A stretch of DNA of 44,276 nucleotides from a virus (lineage: Duplodnaviria; Caudoviricetes). The stretch's first letter is position 1. Each line of letters starts with the position of its first letter. The stretch lies in the IMG/VR virus record IMGVR_UViG_3300038393_001496, positions 1-44,276 of that record; one strand, written 5' to 3'. Shown one piece after another: positions 17,973 through 25,989 of this stretch. The translations under genes and the position numbers were made by a program. The notes under the pieces are model-generated. The model worked only from the letters and a program-made list of their open reading frames with translations, ran no database searches and was not told the origin of the DNA.

Positions 17973-20900
17973 GTACTGAATGAGTTAATGTATTCGGTGA
18001 TAGAATTAGCTTGTCGAGTCAATCGCTGCATACCCATTCCTGTCACATTTAGCTGCGCTACCGGCTGCCTTTCAATAGCCTGCTTTACACCTTTCATCTC
18101 GTCGCGCAATTCGCTTAAATCAATCTGCTGACTTGTCTGTTGTGGAATAAGCATTGGAAAGCCGATAGTATACATGCGGGATAGATGCATCAATTCCTTA
18201 TTGCTAATCACTTCAGCGCCTTTTGTAAGATTGTAGATGCCCTCCATCTTACCTATCCAGGGCTTCTTGCCCGGCTCCATAACGAGCTCAGGCCGGTTGC
18301 CCTCAAACAACAACGCAGGGCCACCACCGTGCGGCTTGCCCTTGGTGCCCTCCTCATATTGAGGAAGAGGAGCTGCGATTGCCGCAGCCAACTGCGCCGC
18401 GCCAACTGCGCCAGCAGCAATCGACCGCGCCACTTTAGTATAAGGATCACCTTCCGTCCAAGCCTTGATTACCGCTAAAGCTGTGGTCGCAATAATCTGC
18501 GCAATATTCAGCGCTTTCTCATATTGAGCCTGCCTGCGTTGGCGAGCCGCCTTGTCTGCCTCAAGCTCTTTCGTTTTGGCCTCCGAAATGGCTTTAGCCT
18601 CAGCAATTTTCTTTTGCTTTTCCTCCTCCGACAATGTGCTTGCTTCGATACTCGCAATCTCCGCATCGCGCTTTTTGTTGACGGCTTCGATTTCTGCGTC
18701 AATCTCGTTAATGCGACGCTGAGTGATTGCACTATTTACATCGGCCAGACTGTGAGCAAATGAAAGGCTTTGATTGGTGAAGAATTCTGCCTGCTCTATT
18801 TTCTTTTGAATGAGCCGGTGATGCTGCTCACCATCCTCAAAATTGTTATTTGCAGTCGCAGCAGCCATGTCCGACAGATTTTTCTTCACCTGATCAGCGT
18901 ACTTCTTCGTTATGTCTACGCGGAATTTGCCATTCTCATCAACAAGCTGATTTTGAATAAGCTCAAACTTATCTGTGAGATTGACTTGCTCTTGCATCAA
19001 TGCCTGCTTTTCCAACAACAGATCTTTCTCCTCCTTCGTTTGCTTCTTAGGATTTTTAGCTTCTATTTCTGCAATTTTGTCCAGCTTTTGCTCTGTGATA
19101 TCGTATTCGGCGGATAGCTCATATCCAGTTGCTTCCAACCGAGCTTGCGTATATCTGTCGTAAGCCGCGAGGCGTTCCTCCAAACTCTTCTTGTCATCGC
19201 TGGCGATAGCCTTAGCCTTCTCTGCTTCTATATCCGCCCTGAGTTTCAGTTGCTCGTACAGATTCTTTGTTAGGTCGGCCTCGGCCTTCAATTGCTCATT
19301 GGTGAAGTCTGTAGGAGTCTTCGGCTTCCTATTACGCTCCCTGTCTTCTTTGGCCCGTTCCTCTTCGGTCATCTTGGCACGACGATGTTGCTCTGCTTGA
19401 GCTGCTTCATAGCGTTTCTTCTCTTCCTGATTCAACCAATATGCTGAAGCGCGCGCATTTTGATCTGCGCTAATCTGCACTTTGGTGATCTCAATTAGCC
19501 GATTCTTCTCAGCAATGGTAGCCTTGAGCTGTTCGACTTTTCTATCATTTACATAGACAAAATCTTTGTCGTTCTGATTCAGAATAGAATCAAGCTCCAG
19601 CTGCGCCTTCTCACGTTCCTGGACGGCCTTAGTAATGATATCGGCCTTAGCCTGAGCCTCAGCTTTGGCAATGATGCTGTTGGCCACGGTATCATAAGCT
19701 TTACTGATATCGCCGTTCAGAATGATTTCACGATTCATATTGGCGAATACCTCCGGGTACTTCTTCTGCAGCTCATCTACTGCCTTGCTGCGCTCATTAT
19801 AAGATGTGCTCGCATCCTTGGCCGCTGTCACCAATTGGGAAAGCTCGCCGACCTCTTTGCCAATTGTCTCTGAAATTTTATTAATACTTTTCTCGAAGTC
19901 TGTAAGCTCAGCATTCGCCTGCTTTGTTTCCTTCCCGGCGGCATTGAGATATTGCACCAAAAACAAAAGGCCAGTAAATGCCAGTGTCATTATGTTACCA
20001 GCACTAAACAATGATGATGCGAAAATCTTTATTGCTGCTGAAGTGCTTCCAGTTGCAAGCTTCACTCTATCAAATTCATCCTTCAGAATTGATAGATTAT
20101 TAGAAATAGCCATCAGGCCCGTCTGAAAGCTATTGGCAAAAGATGGTGCTTCACGCAATACTTGAGTTAAAGCAAATACGGCGCTTTGATAATTGCCGAC
20201 GTTCCGTTGTGATTGGCCTACGGCCTGTTCAATGGATAGCAGGCCTTTGGAGAGCTTAAATGCGCTAGCATTTGCCACCTCCATCTGTTGAGAGAGTTGT
20301 GCCAGTTGTAGCTTCTTAGCAGCTATCTGTCCGTCTGTATTATTTCCGGGAGCAAGGCCGGAGCCTTTAGCTTGCGCAGCTTGCAGATTTTCCAATTCGC
20401 GCTCTAAAAGAACATATTGTGAGGCAAGTTCCTTCGCTTCAGCAGCGGCTGCATTGTATTCGTTGCGTAATCTGCCATAGGCCGATTGTTGCTGATTGAG
20501 TTTAGCCAGTTCTTTATCCGTTAACGACTCCAATCGCTCCTTTTCCTTATTCAGAGCGGCAGTATATCGTTGTTCTAGTAAACGCTGCTTCGAATTTTCT
20601 GTAGAAGCCTTCGCCTCATTCAATGTAGCCTTAGATGCTTCCGTAGAAGCCTTCGCATTCTCGGTGGCTGTTTTTGCAGCTTGAGTACGTATTTTCTCGG
20701 CTTCCTGAAGCGCCTTATTTGTTTGACTAATGGTCTTCGCCTCCTCAGTATTCAGCCGGATGAGCTTCTCCGAAGTTGTCAATACTTCTTTTGTCGAGCC
20801 ATTATACCTGGTCTTCAGCCCGGCCGCTACATTGAGAATGTCATTAAGAGTATTATAGGAGCTAACAAGGTTGCCGTTAGCGTCCACCAGGGCCCGCTGC

Positions 20901-21073
20901 TGCACCGTAACCTCTCTGATGCTGGTAGCCTGCCGCATAATGCCTTCCGAATTCCTGCCTGCATTGTTCGCTGCAATAATCAGGTCAACGACCTCCTGCA
21001 GTTTAGGAATGGCATCATCGAATTGCTGAAAGAAGCTTTCCGCCGCCCATTTACTTACCAGTTCTTCTGCCAT
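17969..21073 (-). CDS. Tape measure protein
   Basis: 1034 aa helical; QRNVGNY motif, hydrophobic segments, AAIAAPLPQYEEGT. Confidence 0.9.
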   Translation of the reverse strand: MAEELVSKWAAESFFQQFDDAIPKLQEVVDLIIAANNAGRNSEGIMRQATSIREVTVQQRALVDANGNLVSSYNTLNDILNVAAGLKTRYNGSTKEVLTTSEKLIRLNTEEAKTISQTNKALQEAEKIRTQAAKTATENAKASTEASKATLNEAKASTENSKQRLLEQRYTAALNKEKERLESLTDKELAKLNQQQSAYGRLRNEYNAAAAEAKELASQYVLLERELENLQAAQAKGSGLAPGNNTDGQIAAKKLQLAQLSQQMEVANASAFKLSKGLLSIEQAVGQSQRNVGNYQSAVFALTQVLREAPSFANSFQTGLMAISNNLSILKDEFDRVKLATGSTSAAIKIFASSLFSAGNIMTLAFTGLLFLVQYLNAAGKETKQANAELTDFEKSINKISETIGKEVGELSQLVTAAKDASTSYNERSKAVDELQKKYPEVFANMNREIILNGDISKAYDTVANSIIAKAEAQAKADIITKAVQEREKAQLELDSILNQNDKDFVYVNDRKVEQLKATIAEKNRLIEITKVQISADQNARASAYWLNQEEKKRYEAAQAEQHRRAKMTEEERAKEDRERNRKPKTPTDFTNEQLKAEADLTKNLYEQLKLRADIEAEKAKAIASDDKKSLEERLAAYDRYTQARLEATGYELSAEYDITEQKLDKIAEIEAKNPKKQTKEEKDLLLEKQALMQEQVNLTDKFELIQNQLVDENGKFRVDITKKYADQVKKNLSDMAAATANNNFEDGEQHHRLIQKKIEQAEFFTNQSLSFAHSLADVNSAITQRRINEIDAEIEAVNKKRDAEIASIEASTLSEEEKQKKIAEAKAISEAKTKELEADKAARQRRQAQYEKALNIAQIIATTALAVIKAWTEGDPYTKVARSIAAGAVGAAQLAAAIAAPLPQYEEGTKGKPHGGGPALLFEGNRPELVMEPGKKPWIGKMEGIYNLTKGAEVISNKELMHLSRMYTIGFPMLIPQQTSQQIDLSELRDEMKGVKQAIERQPVAQLNVTGMGMQRLTRQANSITEYINSFST

Positions 21074-21740
21074 GGCTGTTGACCTTTTCTATGTGAGCAA
21101 TCTGTTTCTGTAGACGCCTTATATAACCGCAGTATTTCTCAACAGTCGTTCTGTCCTCATCAATGGCTATCTTAAGCATCTCCTCCACCGCAACTATTTC
21201 ATCTGTGAAGTGCTCACTCTCCTCTTTACGCTGATCTTCTACTGGCACCCCTTTCTTAGGCTTATCGCGGTCGGCCAGCATTTGCTCGAGCCTGAGCTTG
21301 TCGGACTTCAGCTTTGCAGCTACAGCATCCACGGCCTTTATATAGTCCGCATCGTCAGCACTCTTCATGCGGGCAGCCTCCAACCGGTAGCCCTCGGCGC
21401 CGATCGCCGCTATCAGCTCATCGCTGACAACGCGCCTGGCGGCTTGAACCAATACGGAAACGCGGTCTATCTTGGAAGAGAGGACAGCAATTGCCTTGCA
21501 ACGCTGGATGAGCGCAAGTATCTGCACCCCTCCACGGAGATTGCAGTAGTCAGAGTAGATGGTCAGCCATGCATCGTCGAGAGAGCACTGATCGGGCTCA
21601 CCTTCGATAATGAGCGCCTTCAGATCACCCTCCAATAAGCAAGTCTTAAAACGAGAGAGCGGCAGTGTACTACACGACCGATAGATATTCCACCCGGGTA
21701 GCTCCGTCCGGGGCGGTGGCGGCGTAGGAAAAACAATCAT
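21051..21740 (-). CDS. Pre-TMP protein, possible tail assembly chaperone
   Basis: Directly upstream of TMP; start MIVFPT inferred. Confidence 0.6.
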   Translation of the reverse strand: MIVFPTPPPPRTELPGWNIYRSCSTLPLSRFKTCLLEGDLKALIIEGEPDQCSLDDAWLTIYSDYCNLRGGVQILALIQRCKAIAVLSSKIDRVSVLVQAARRVVSDELIAAIGAEGYRLEAARMKSADDADYIKAVDAVAAKLKSDKLRLEQMLADRDKPKKGVPVEDQRKEESEHFTDEIVAVEEMLKIAIDEDRTTVEKYCGYIRRLQKQIAHIEKVNSHGRRTGK

Positions 21741-21882
21741 TTTCCCCTTCCTCATCCTTAGGCATGAAAACAACCACCTCTTTGAGGTTTTGCGCTTTGG
21801 CCCAGGCGTATGCACGTTGTTTGGTGGCACTTAACTTGAATTGCAGTCGCTCATTCTTTAGCTGGCAAGGAATACACGACAT
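21670..21882 (-). CDS. Small CxxC tail-region protein
   Basis: MSCIPCQLK..., 70 aa. Confidence 0.6.
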   Translation of the reverse strand: MSCIPCQLKNERLQFKLSATKQRAYAWAKAQNLKEVVVFMPKDEEGENDCFSYAATAPDGATRVEYLSVV

Positions 21883-21894
21883 ATTGTCTAATTG

Positions 21895-21936
21895 AGCCTG
21901 CCGCTGAATCGAACAGCGGCAAGTACCGTACAGGCT
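21895..21936 (-). ncRNA. T-loop minihelix (tRNA-like element)
   Basis: AGCCTG-11nt-CCGCTG-TTCGATT-CAGCGG-CAGGCT. Confidence 0.5.
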
Positions 21937-22181
21937 TATTGTGCCGGGGTGAAGTCTATATAGTAGGTTTCACCTGGTTGAATCTTATCCTTCAATTCAG
22001 GGTTGGTGATGTGAAGCCTGATTTCACCAGAAGGCGTGTAACGCGCAAAAGTGTTATCCTCATTTGCTCCATTCTCGCCATATTTAGTGTCCATGACCGG
22101 AGCCATAGAAACTTTTTGCATGCCGCCCTCGTAGTTAGCGACCTCTTGCACCTTAAATTTGGCGCGCATTGTTGTACTCAT
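21936..22181 (-). CDS. Small hypothetical protein (81 aa)
   Basis: MSTTMRAKFKV...EDNTFARYTPSGEIRLHITNP...YYIDFTPA; the longer ORF-track start runs through the tRNA. Confidence 0.8.
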   Translation of the reverse strand: MSTTMRAKFKVQEVANYEGGMQKVSMAPVMDTKYGENGANEDNTFARYTPSGEIRLHITNPELKDKIQPGETYYIDFTPAQ

Positions 22182-22219
22182 AGCCAATACCTGTTTACCT
22201 ATACACAGGGAGGTTTTAG

Positions 22220-22292
22220 GCACGGGAGTTGGAATCGAACCAACGTAGGTCAGGCTTATGAGACCTGCCAGCGAACCAACACGCTTCCCGCT
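22220..22292 (-). tRNA. Atypical tRNA, anticodon CAT (fMet-like)
   Basis: AGCGGGA/TCCCGTG acceptor with 1:72 mismatch; AGCG/CGCT D stem; CAGGT-CTCATAA-GCCTG; GTTGG-TTCGATT-CCAAC; no encoded CCA. Confidence 0.75.
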
Positions 22293-22299
22293 ACAACTA

Positions 22300-22740
22300 T
22301 CATTGCACACCCGTCCTTTTCCGAATCTCGTTTACTACCTGCGGCATGAGGTAGTGGCTATAAGTGCTCCGGCTCTCGTCCGTAAATCCGAATATGCCTT
22401 CCCCGTCGCGCTTTATCATGAACGCAGCGTGGTCAGACGTGGAATCAAAGACGGCTGTGACGCCCCTGATTTCCACGTACAACTCACGCTGAAGCTCACC
22501 GGTCAGGTAAGCATCCGGATGACCATAGCCTGGCAGCGGGTTCATCTCGTACTTCTTCTGAGCGTAGTACTTATTCTTGTACGGCGCCAGTCTGCCTCCG
22601 TCTGCCGTTACTCCCTGCTTGAACAGCTGATCCCTGTTCAGATTTGCTGGCGTTGTCAGATCCTTCTCTGCTGTCTCCGCCATCAGTTCCGGCAATTGCA
22701 CCGCCTTGAACTTGCGAAGCATCTCCGCCGCTGTTACCAT
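22300..22740 (-). CDS. Neck/tail completion-like protein
   Basis: LNRDQLFKQG, PDAYLTGEL, IFGFTDES; position in tail operon. Confidence 0.65.
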   Translation of the reverse strand: MVTAAEMLRKFKAVQLPELMAETAEKDLTTPANLNRDQLFKQGVTADGGRLAPYKNKYYAQKKYEMNPLPGYGHPDAYLTGELQRELYVEIRGVTAVFDSTSDHAAFMIKRDGEGIFGFTDESRSTYSHYLMPQVVNEIRKRTGVQ

Positions 22741-22951
22741 GGTTGTCCGTTTGAGTGTTATTGACTTTCTCTACCATCAGCTGATGGACGCGGGCCAGAT
22801 TAGCGTCGCGCAGGCTGGCATCCTTCTCCGGCCAGACATGCTGATGCGCAGCAATGAAGTCTCCGATGGATACCCTGGAGGCGTAATCCGCGTTGAACTG
22901 CACATCGTCATAGGTCAACGTGTGTTTCGGTGTCTTATCTACATTTTTCAT
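22571..22951 (-). CDS. Hypothetical protein after the tail tube gene (possible chaperone)
   Basis: A-rich start context; low-complexity 3' end overlaps the next gene by 170 nt. Confidence 0.55.
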   Translation of the reverse strand: MKNVDKTPKHTLTYDDVQFNADYASRVSIGDFIAAHQHVWPEKDASLRDANLARVHQLMVEKVNNTQTDNHGNSGGDASQVQGGAIAGTDGGDSREGSDNASKSEQGSAVQAGSNGRRRQTGAVQE

Positions 22952-23027
22952 AGTAGTTTTTGATCTTTTATTAAGAAATGAAAAGAGGAAATATCCGGGA
23001 CCTTACGGGGTCGGCAGATATTATTTT

Positions 23028-24038
23028 TTATCCGAGCGTCACTAGCTGCTCCGTTGCTTCGAATCCTACCACGGGTGTTGACAGAGCCTCGGCAACCGAT
23101 GGCGCCACCCAGCTCACGCCAACCTGCTTTCCGGATCCGGGATTGTCCGGATCCGTACCCGTGGCCGCAATCGTAATAGCCCAACCAGTCGCGTCCGCCG
23201 CGATGGCGGATACTGTGATGGCATTGCCATAGTGGCTATTGCCGATATCACGATTCTTCACGCTGATCAGGCCGACCTGGGCGATAGCTGTACTGAAGTC
23301 GTCCAACAGGTCCTTTCCCCATGAAGTGATCGCCTTCATGTGGATAACAGTCGCAGATGACGAGGTCAGGATGAGCTGTACACTCATCAGGCCCACCATC
23401 AGGTCGAGCGGATTGTTTTCCAGGATCATCACTGCCCAATTCTTCTCGATCTCGTTATTGTCCTGGAACCCGATGCCTACTGTGAACTGTTGCCCCTTCG
23501 TATAGTCGTTACCCATTAGGCGGCCTACATTGATTTGCGACGGCCGGCGCCCGCCCATAACGTTGTTGTTGCTGGTGTCCGACTTGTTCGTACCCCATAC
23601 AGCGTACGTACCATCACCCTGCTTCGTTACCTCCAGCAAATCAAACGACAGATGCTTGCCGTCGATCGTGCTCTTGAGCGCCTTGTGATAGTACGCTCCA
23701 GCGACCATCAGGTACTCGTAGCCATACACGCTGTCGAATGTGCGGCGCTTGACCCCGTTTGGCAGCGTTTCGATTTTTGGTGCCTCACCAGTATCGGTAA
23801 TGCCCACGTATTCAAGTATGCCGAACATTCTGCTGGCATAAGAATCATTGACGGAGCCGGCCGCGAGCGCCGCCTCAAATGCGGACTCGCTGGCCGTATC
23901 CGCCAGCGAGAATTTGAAGCCCCGGGGTATTGCGATATTGCCAATCACGGGGCCTTTCTCGATGTCGCAGTCTCCGACACCGAGGTTGCCTCCACCTGCG
24001 TTGCCGCAGCGGAGAAGATTCAGTTTGTTCGCACTCAT
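23028..24038 (-). CDS. Major tail (tube) protein
   Basis: 336 aa, after the neck genes, with C-terminal beta-rich extension. Confidence 0.7.
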   Translation of the reverse strand: MSANKLNLLRCGNAGGGNLGVGDCDIEKGPVIGNIAIPRGFKFSLADTASESAFEAALAAGSVNDSYASRMFGILEYVGITDTGEAPKIETLPNGVKRRTFDSVYGYEYLMVAGAYYHKALKSTIDGKHLSFDLLEVTKQGDGTYAVWGTNKSDTSNNNVMGGRRPSQINVGRLMGNDYTKGQQFTVGIGFQDNNEIEKNWAVMILENNPLDLMVGLMSVQLILTSSSATVIHMKAITSWGKDLLDDFSTAIAQVGLISVKNRDIGNSHYGNAITVSAIAADATGWAITIAATGTDPDNPGSGKQVGVSWVAPSVAEALSTPVVGFEATEQLVTLG

Positions 24039-24052
24039 TGTATGAATGTTGT

Positions 24053-24634
24053 TTAGAAGTTTTTGAATGGAGCAGGACTAGCCGCGCATGCGCGCTTCCT
24101 GCCTGGTACTAATTCCACATTGCGGATTTCTATGCAATCCAGGTAGTCTGTAGCGACGCCGGTATAATTGCCATACAGCCCCTCCTTCCCCCAAAACGGC
24201 CGGTCAATCTTTTGATGCGCCGGCACAGCTGAATGGAAGAAATAGGCTGATTTCGCCAGCTGCCGGCATAGCTCCTCGTAGATAGGCGTCAGTATCGTAT
24301 TGAACGCAGTCGCATACCGCTGCTCTACGGTGCGATCTTTGATGGTCCTGGTAGCAATGATGACCTGGGATTTGGCCTTTCTCAGAGCGCCTACAGTCCG
24401 AGGCTGCTCTTCCGGAAAGTCCATGAACAGTGCAACCAGGGGGTACTTTTCTCTCTGCTGCGCCTGCGATGTTTCCATCTGGGCGAGCTTGTTGATAATG
24501 GTCAACGGATGCCCGTACTCATAGTGCAGACCGCTGATAGTGTTATCAACGCCCTGGAGGTAAGACAGGATCTCTTCTTCCGTGGCTTGTACCACATGGC
24601 CAAATGCCTCAACTATGGCAGTTTCGATGCTCAT
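24053..24634 (-). CDS. Tail terminator-like protein
   Basis: KYPLVALFMD, LTPIYEEL, DYLDCIEI; synteny. Confidence 0.65.
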   Translation of the reverse strand: MSIETAIVEAFGHVVQATEEEILSYLQGVDNTISGLHYEYGHPLTIINKLAQMETSQAQQREKYPLVALFMDFPEEQPRTVGALRKAKSQVIIATRTIKDRTVEQRYATAFNTILTPIYEELCRQLAKSAYFFHSAVPAHQKIDRPFWGKEGLYGNYTGVATDYLDCIEIRNVELVPGRKRACAASPAPFKNF

Positions 24635-25179
24635 ATATTGTCGGCGTTTTGGTATTCGAAGAGGTCCCGATCCAGCTCACATCGGTCGAACTCCGGATAG
24701 TCGTCATTCTTGTAGAGCAGCCGGAACAGGATCTCATTTACGGAGACCATGTGATTCCAGGCTGCAACCATATCCAGGATAGGGCTGATAATGGTGGCGT
24801 TCTCCGACTTGGCCACCGCTTCGCCTGATTGTGTGGTCTGACTGATATTCTTGTTCCGGTAGTGCCAATAGACGTAGTCAGCGATTGGTGAGAGCTTGGT
24901 TGTAGCGTCCCGGAAGCCGGGCCAGATATAGGTACGTCCGTTGCTGGCAGCCGTGAATGAAGACACGCCGTCACGCAGCGCCGTCCATCTTGCCTCCGGA
25001 GATCCCGCGGCAATACCAGCGGCATACGCGACATACAACGACGGCCCGAGCACCTTGCCCAGGTACTCGGGCTCATAACGGACTATGGCAGCCGTTACGG
25101 GTATACTCACCGAGCTGTCGGTAATGCCTGCGAGTATCAGCCCGCCATCAAAGTATGTTGTGTCAATCAGGTTCGCCAT
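24631..25179 (-). CDS. Head-tail adaptor-like protein
   Basis: IDTTYF, YEPEYLGKVLG..LY, SPIADYVYWHY; synteny. Confidence 0.65.
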   Translation of the reverse strand: MANLIDTTYFDGGLILAGITDSSVSIPVTAAIVRYEPEYLGKVLGPSLYVAYAAGIAAGSPEARWTALRDGVSSFTAASNGRTYIWPGFRDATTKLSPIADYVYWHYRNKNISQTTQSGEAVAKSENATIISPILDMVAAWNHMVSVNEILFRLLYKNDDYPEFDRCELDRDLFEYQNADNI

Positions 25180-25187
25180 GGCTTGCT

Positions 25188-25616
25188 TTACTGCCTGTAC
25201 AGCACGTTGATCTTGTAGTTGGCGACCTGGGAGCTCCCGGTGGTTATCACAACCTTATAGTGGGTGTAGTTCGCGGCGCTGTATGCCAGCGACGTCGTTG
25301 CTGTCGCATCAGTGATCGTGTAGGAGTTGATCACGGCATAGTCGCCGGCAGCCGGCGTTACGCCTTTGGCTACGGCGGCGCCAGACAGCACTATCGTGCC
25401 GGAAAGCGTTCCAGAGGTCTTTGTGATACGATAGATGAACGTAATGGCCGACTTGTTTTCCGTTATCGGCACTACGATCTGCGGAGTGCCGACGTTGGTA
25501 ATGGTGGAGTCGAACACTTTACCGGCGTAGCTCCCGATACCCGAGGGGATCGTAGGCTGCTGCGCTTGGGCTCCCAATGTCAGGAGGCAGGCAGCGATGA
25601 GAAAGAGTTGCTTCAT
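25188..25616 (-). CDS. Signal-peptide-bearing beta-sandwich protein, possible head decoration
   Basis: MKQLFLIAACLLTLGAQA|Q; T-rich beta strands; two genes after MCP. Confidence 0.65.
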   Translation of the reverse strand: MKQLFLIAACLLTLGAQAQQPTIPSGIGSYAGKVFDSTITNVGTPQIVVPITENKSAITFIYRITKTSGTLSGTIVLSGAAVAKGVTPAAGDYAVINSYTITDATATTSLAYSAANYTHYKVVITTGSSQVANYKINVLYRQ

Positions 25617-25661
25617 TTAGTTGTTGATTTGAAGATGTTTGGAAGTGCTTACGAACGCCCC

Positions 25662-25940
25662 TTATGCGTCGACGGTGATGTCCTTCTGATCGATCACTGG
25701 CCGCTGATAGGGTTTGCCCGTATCGGCTATCAGTCCCTTTTTCAAAAGGATCTCAGCCATCGTGGGGTGAACGACTTTGGTTTGGCCCACCTTCACGTGG
25801 GCTCCGTCCTTGATGATCTCCACCTGCACCAGGTCGCTATGCTGGTTACCCTTATAGCCGGCTTGCGACTTGACGATGTCAGAACGCATAGTTTTTGGGG
25901 CCGCTGGTTCTTCCCCCTTGTTCGTTGTATTGTTTGCCAT
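25662..25940 (-). CDS. Small post-capsid protein
   Basis: VHPTMAEILLKKGLI motif; follows MCP. Confidence 0.7.
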   Translation of the reverse strand: MANNTTNKGEEPAAPKTMRSDIVKSQAGYKGNQHSDLVQVEIIKDGAHVKVGQTKVVHPTMAEILLKKGLIADTGKPYQRPVIDQKDITVDA

Positions 25941-25989
25941 TGAGTTGAAGATTTGTTGGTTAAAAGCTGAGTTGCTGTTGTCGACCGGC

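Noticed and set aside
21051-22951. Lambda G/GT-type -1 frameshift
   Set aside because: Both overlapping ORF pairs are in +1 relation; GGGGAAAA near 21740-21747 is not phased for -1 slippage and directly precedes a usable ATG
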